A stretch of 64,000 bases of DNA from an uncultured Actinomycetota bacterium (GTDB taxonomy: Bacteria > Actinomycetota > Actinomycetes > JAHEKZ01): NCBI GenBank assembly GCA_963743915.1, contig CAVURN010000001.1, forward strand, positions 640,001 through 704,000. Direction: 5' to 3'. A program made the translations under genes and the position numbers. Positions 61,593 through 64,000 of this stretch are shown one piece after another (the stretch's first letter is position 1; every line of letters begins with the position of its first letter). The notes under the pieces were generated by a model. That model saw nothing but the letters and a program-made list of their open reading frames with translations, had not been told where the DNA came from and did no database searches.

Positions 61593-61981
61593 GGCTGCGA
61601 GCCGCGCACGAACGCCTCTCGTAACCAGTCCGCAACCTGGACATCGAGGTCGCTCAGCTCGCGCACCTCCAGGTGGTGCATCCACGTGGTCGGGGAGGGG
61701 TGTGCGATCTCCTTCCAGCGAGGCGACGGGGTCGGAGCGGACAATGGCACTGACAGAACCATCTCGGCGCGGGGGTGGCTCAGGTACTGGCCCGGTCGCC
61801 ACAGGGAGGCCACGGTTCGTGTCCGGGCTCCGGGCATCGCGTGCCGGAAGGCCACCTGGCTGCGGGTCACGACCACGTCGATGACGCCGAACGAGTCCAG
61901 CGTCGATGCCACCCACTGCACCGCCTCCGCGCCGAACGGCACACCCTCAAAGAACTCCTCGGCCTCCGCGAGCGTGCTCAT
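61583..61981 (-). CDS. DUF5655-like protein
   Basis: TRSQVAF, W.HHLEV....DLD.QV..WLREA pattern; CACAAT -10 6 nt before ATG. Confidence 0.65.
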   Translation of the reverse strand: MSTLAEAEEFFEGVPFGAEAVQWVASTLDSFGVIDVVVTRSQVAFRHAMPGARTRTVASLWRPGQYLSHPRAEMVLSVPLSAPTPSPRWKEIAHPSPTTWMHHLEVRELSDLDVQVADWLREAFVRGSQPQT

Positions 61982-62043
61982 CGGAGCATTGTGGGGTCTT
62001 CCACGGTCGGTCCCAAGGGTTGGCCCAGTGATAGCGTCGCCGC

Positions 62044-62565
62044 GTGCTGAGCGTCGTGTGTCCCGGCTCGTTCGACCCGGTGACCAACGGCCACGTCGAC
62101 ATCATCGAGCGGGCCTCTGGCCTGGCCGACCAGGTGTACGTCGCGGTCATGGTCAACCAGAGCAAGCGTGGCCTCTTTCCCGTCGAACAGCGGATCGACC
62201 TGCTGCGCCAGTCGCTGGCCCACCTGTCCAACGTCTCGATCGAGACGTTCTCCGGCCTGCTCGTCGACTACTGCCAGTCACGCGGGGCGCGCGCGATCGT
62301 CAAGGGCCTGCGAGCGGTCGGCGACTTCGACTACGAGCTTCAGATGGCCCAGATGAACCACCGGCTCACGGGGGTCGACACGCTCTTCGTGGCGACCAAC
62401 CCGCTCTACTCGTTCCTCTCCTCCAGCCTCATCAAGGAGGTCGTCGCCTTCGGCGGCGACGTCGCCGGTCTGGTGCCCGAGCCGGTGCTGCAGCCGCTGG
62501 TGGGGGCCCTGACCGGGGCCAGCACCGAGGGACCGTCGGCGCCTGACGGTTCGGGTGGCCCCTAG
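62044..62565 (+). CDS. coaD: pantetheine-phosphate adenylyltransferase
   Basis: PGSFDPVTNGH, KGLR..DFDYELQMA, FLSSS. Confidence 0.96.
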   Translation: MLSVVCPGSFDPVTNGHVDIIERASGLADQVYVAVMVNQSKRGLFPVEQRIDLLRQSLAHLSNVSIETFSGLLVDYCQSRGARAIVKGLRAVGDFDYELQMAQMNHRLTGVDTLFVATNPLYSFLSSSLIKEVVAFGGDVAGLVPEPVLQPLVGALTGASTEGPSAPDGSGGP

Positions 62566-62600
62566 CCTGTCTCCAGGCCTGCCGCGGCACCCGCGGCAAC

Positions 62601-62645
62601 ACCAGACACACCAGATAGACCAGATAGACCAGACAGACCAGACAA
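62601..62645 (+). repeat. 9-bp tandem repeat x5 (ACCAGAYAV)
   Basis: accagacac accagatag accagatag accagacag accagacaa. Confidence 0.9.
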
Positions 62646-62654
62646 GGAGGGCGC

Positions 62655-63200
62655 GTGGAGATCCACGATCGGCTCGACGAGCTCGCGGCCACGATCGAGA
62701 GCGCCCGGTCCATGCCGATGTCCGCGTCCTGCGTGGTCAACCGGCACGAGACGCTGGAGGCGATCGACGAGATCCGCCGGCTGCTGCCGGCGAACCTCAC
62801 GAAGGCTGACGCGCTGCTGGCAGATGCCGACGGCGTCCTCGAGCTGGCGCGGCAGCAGAGCGAGGAGATCGTCGCTGCCGGGCACCAGGAGAAGATGCGG
62901 CTCGTCTCGGAGTCGGAGGTGCAGGCCCAGGCCGAGCGCGAGGCCGGTCGCATCATCGCGGCCGCCGAGTCCGAGGCGCAGCGGATGCAGCGCGAGATCG
63001 ACGACTACATCGACGCCAAGCTGGCGAACTTCGAGATCGTCCTCACCAAGACGCTCGAGGCGGTGGCTCGGGGCAGGGACAAGATCCAAGGCCGTCGCGC
63101 GGTCGAGGAGCTGGCGCACATCGACCTGCCGTCGCTGGACGAGGAGCAGGAGCAGCAGGAGTCCGGGTCGGCGACAGACGGCGGCACAGCTCGCGGGTGA
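62655..63200 (+). CDS. SepIVA/DivIVA-like coiled-coil protein
   Basis: ARSMPMSASCVVNR, DDYIDAKLANFE; conserved position between coaD and yceD. Confidence 0.8.
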   Translation: MEIHDRLDELAATIESARSMPMSASCVVNRHETLEAIDEIRRLLPANLTKADALLADADGVLELARQQSEEIVAAGHQEKMRLVSESEVQAQAEREAGRIIAAAESEAQRMQREIDDYIDAKLANFEIVLTKTLEAVARGRDKIQGRRAVEELAHIDLPSLDEEQEQQESGSATDGGTARG

Positions 63201-63367
63201 TCCCCGGGACGGGAGCCAGCACCCGGGCGTCCGGCTGCATTTGGGGGGTGAGGGCCGTGCCGTTACGCTGGTCGACGGTCTCGTCCGCGAGCCCGACGTC
63301 CTGACTGCCGGTCCTTCGGGGTGCGGTCTGCCCCTCGGGGCATCCCGGCCTCGCCAGGAGAACACTC

Positions 63368-63940
63368 GTGTCCCGCCTCGATCCGCGTGACCCGCTGGTG
63401 CTGCCCGCCCATGAGGTGGTGAAGCGCCCCGGTCACCTCATCCGGGTGGACCGCACGGTGCCGGCACCGTCAGGGCTCGGTCTGGACGTGGTCAGCGTCC
63501 CCGAAGGCGCACCGGTCGAGCTCGAGCTCCGGCTCGAGTCGGTGGTCGAGGGGGTGCTGGTGTCCGGCACCTGCCGGGCACAGGCGCAGGGTGAGTGCGT
63601 CCGCTGCCTCGAACCGATCACGGTCGGTATCGAGCTGGAGGTGCAGGAGCTCTTTGCCTACCCCGACTCCGCCTCGGCGGAGGCGGAGGAGATCGCGCAG
63701 CTGGAGGACGAGCTCGTCGACTTCCGGCCGGTGCTGCGGGACGCCGTGGTGCTCGCCCTTCCGCTGCAACCGGTGTGCCGGGACGACTGTCCCGGGCTCT
63801 GTCCCGTCTGCGGGGTCCGCCTCGCCGACGATCCGGAGCACCACCACGACCAGGTCGACCCCCGATGGGCCGCCCTGGGGGGACTGCTGCCGCAGGACCT
63901 GTCAGCAACGGACGCGACGCCGAGCGCGTCCGACGAGTAG
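63368..63940 (+). CDS. YceD/DUF177 family protein
   Basis: ECVRCL, LALPLQPVCRDDCPGLCPVCG, DPRWAAL. Confidence 0.92.
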   Translation: MSRLDPRDPLVLPAHEVVKRPGHLIRVDRTVPAPSGLGLDVVSVPEGAPVELELRLESVVEGVLVSGTCRAQAQGECVRCLEPITVGIELEVQELFAYPDSASAEAEEIAQLEDELVDFRPVLRDAVVLALPLQPVCRDDCPGLCPVCGVRLADDPEHHHDQVDPRWAALGGLLPQDLSATDATPSASDE

Positions 63941-63952
63941 AAGGGCATCGCC

Positions 63953-64000
63953 GTGGCCGTCCCGAAGCGGAAGACCTCGCGTTCCAACACCCGCTCGCGT
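63953..64000 (+). CDS. rpmF: 50S ribosomal protein L32, 3'-truncated by window edge
   Basis: GTG start then AVPKRKTSRSNTRSR, downstream of yceD. Confidence 0.92.
   Translation, partial: MAVPKRKTSRSNTRSR

Noticed and set aside
62601-62645. CRISPR array
   Set aside because: 9-bp units without spacers and no cas genes.

Overview
High-GC actinomycete chromosome segment, almost entirely core genome in the conserved actinobacterial order: an acyl-CoA cluster (ccr, mce, thiolase, meaB, icmA), etfBA-cysteine desulfurase-mnmA-MetE-like-ligA-GGDEF/EAL-gatCAB, a branched-chain amino-acid supercluster (ilvD, attenuator, ilvBNC, serA, leuB, ilvE, cimA, IclR/NdgR, leuCD), gltX with tRNA-Gln/tRNA-Glu, hup, cofC, gpsA, ddl, thiL, rpmB, DAK2, recG, rsmD, coaD, sepIVA-like, yceD, rpmF. 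Accessory pieces: an AbiEi/DUF559-like gene, a matrixin and a DUF885 peptidase, a DUF222-HNH gene, a DapB paralog, a BNR-propeller + MoaD/ThiS pair and a methyltransferase remnant after tRNA-Glu. About 9.7-21.5 kb carries many single-base indels, even in essential genes, most likely assembly error, so coordinates there are approximate. No CRISPR, rRNA, transposase or integrase was seen. I found no clearly new multi-gene system; the best leads are the BNR/ubiquitin-like pair coupled to trmB, a BldD-type box before the c-di-GMP enzyme, a ~40-aa insertion in LigA, a DapB paralog lacking the catalytic His-His, PafBC-type promoters and a likely CTG start for meaB. All family calls are by motif recognition, not database search.
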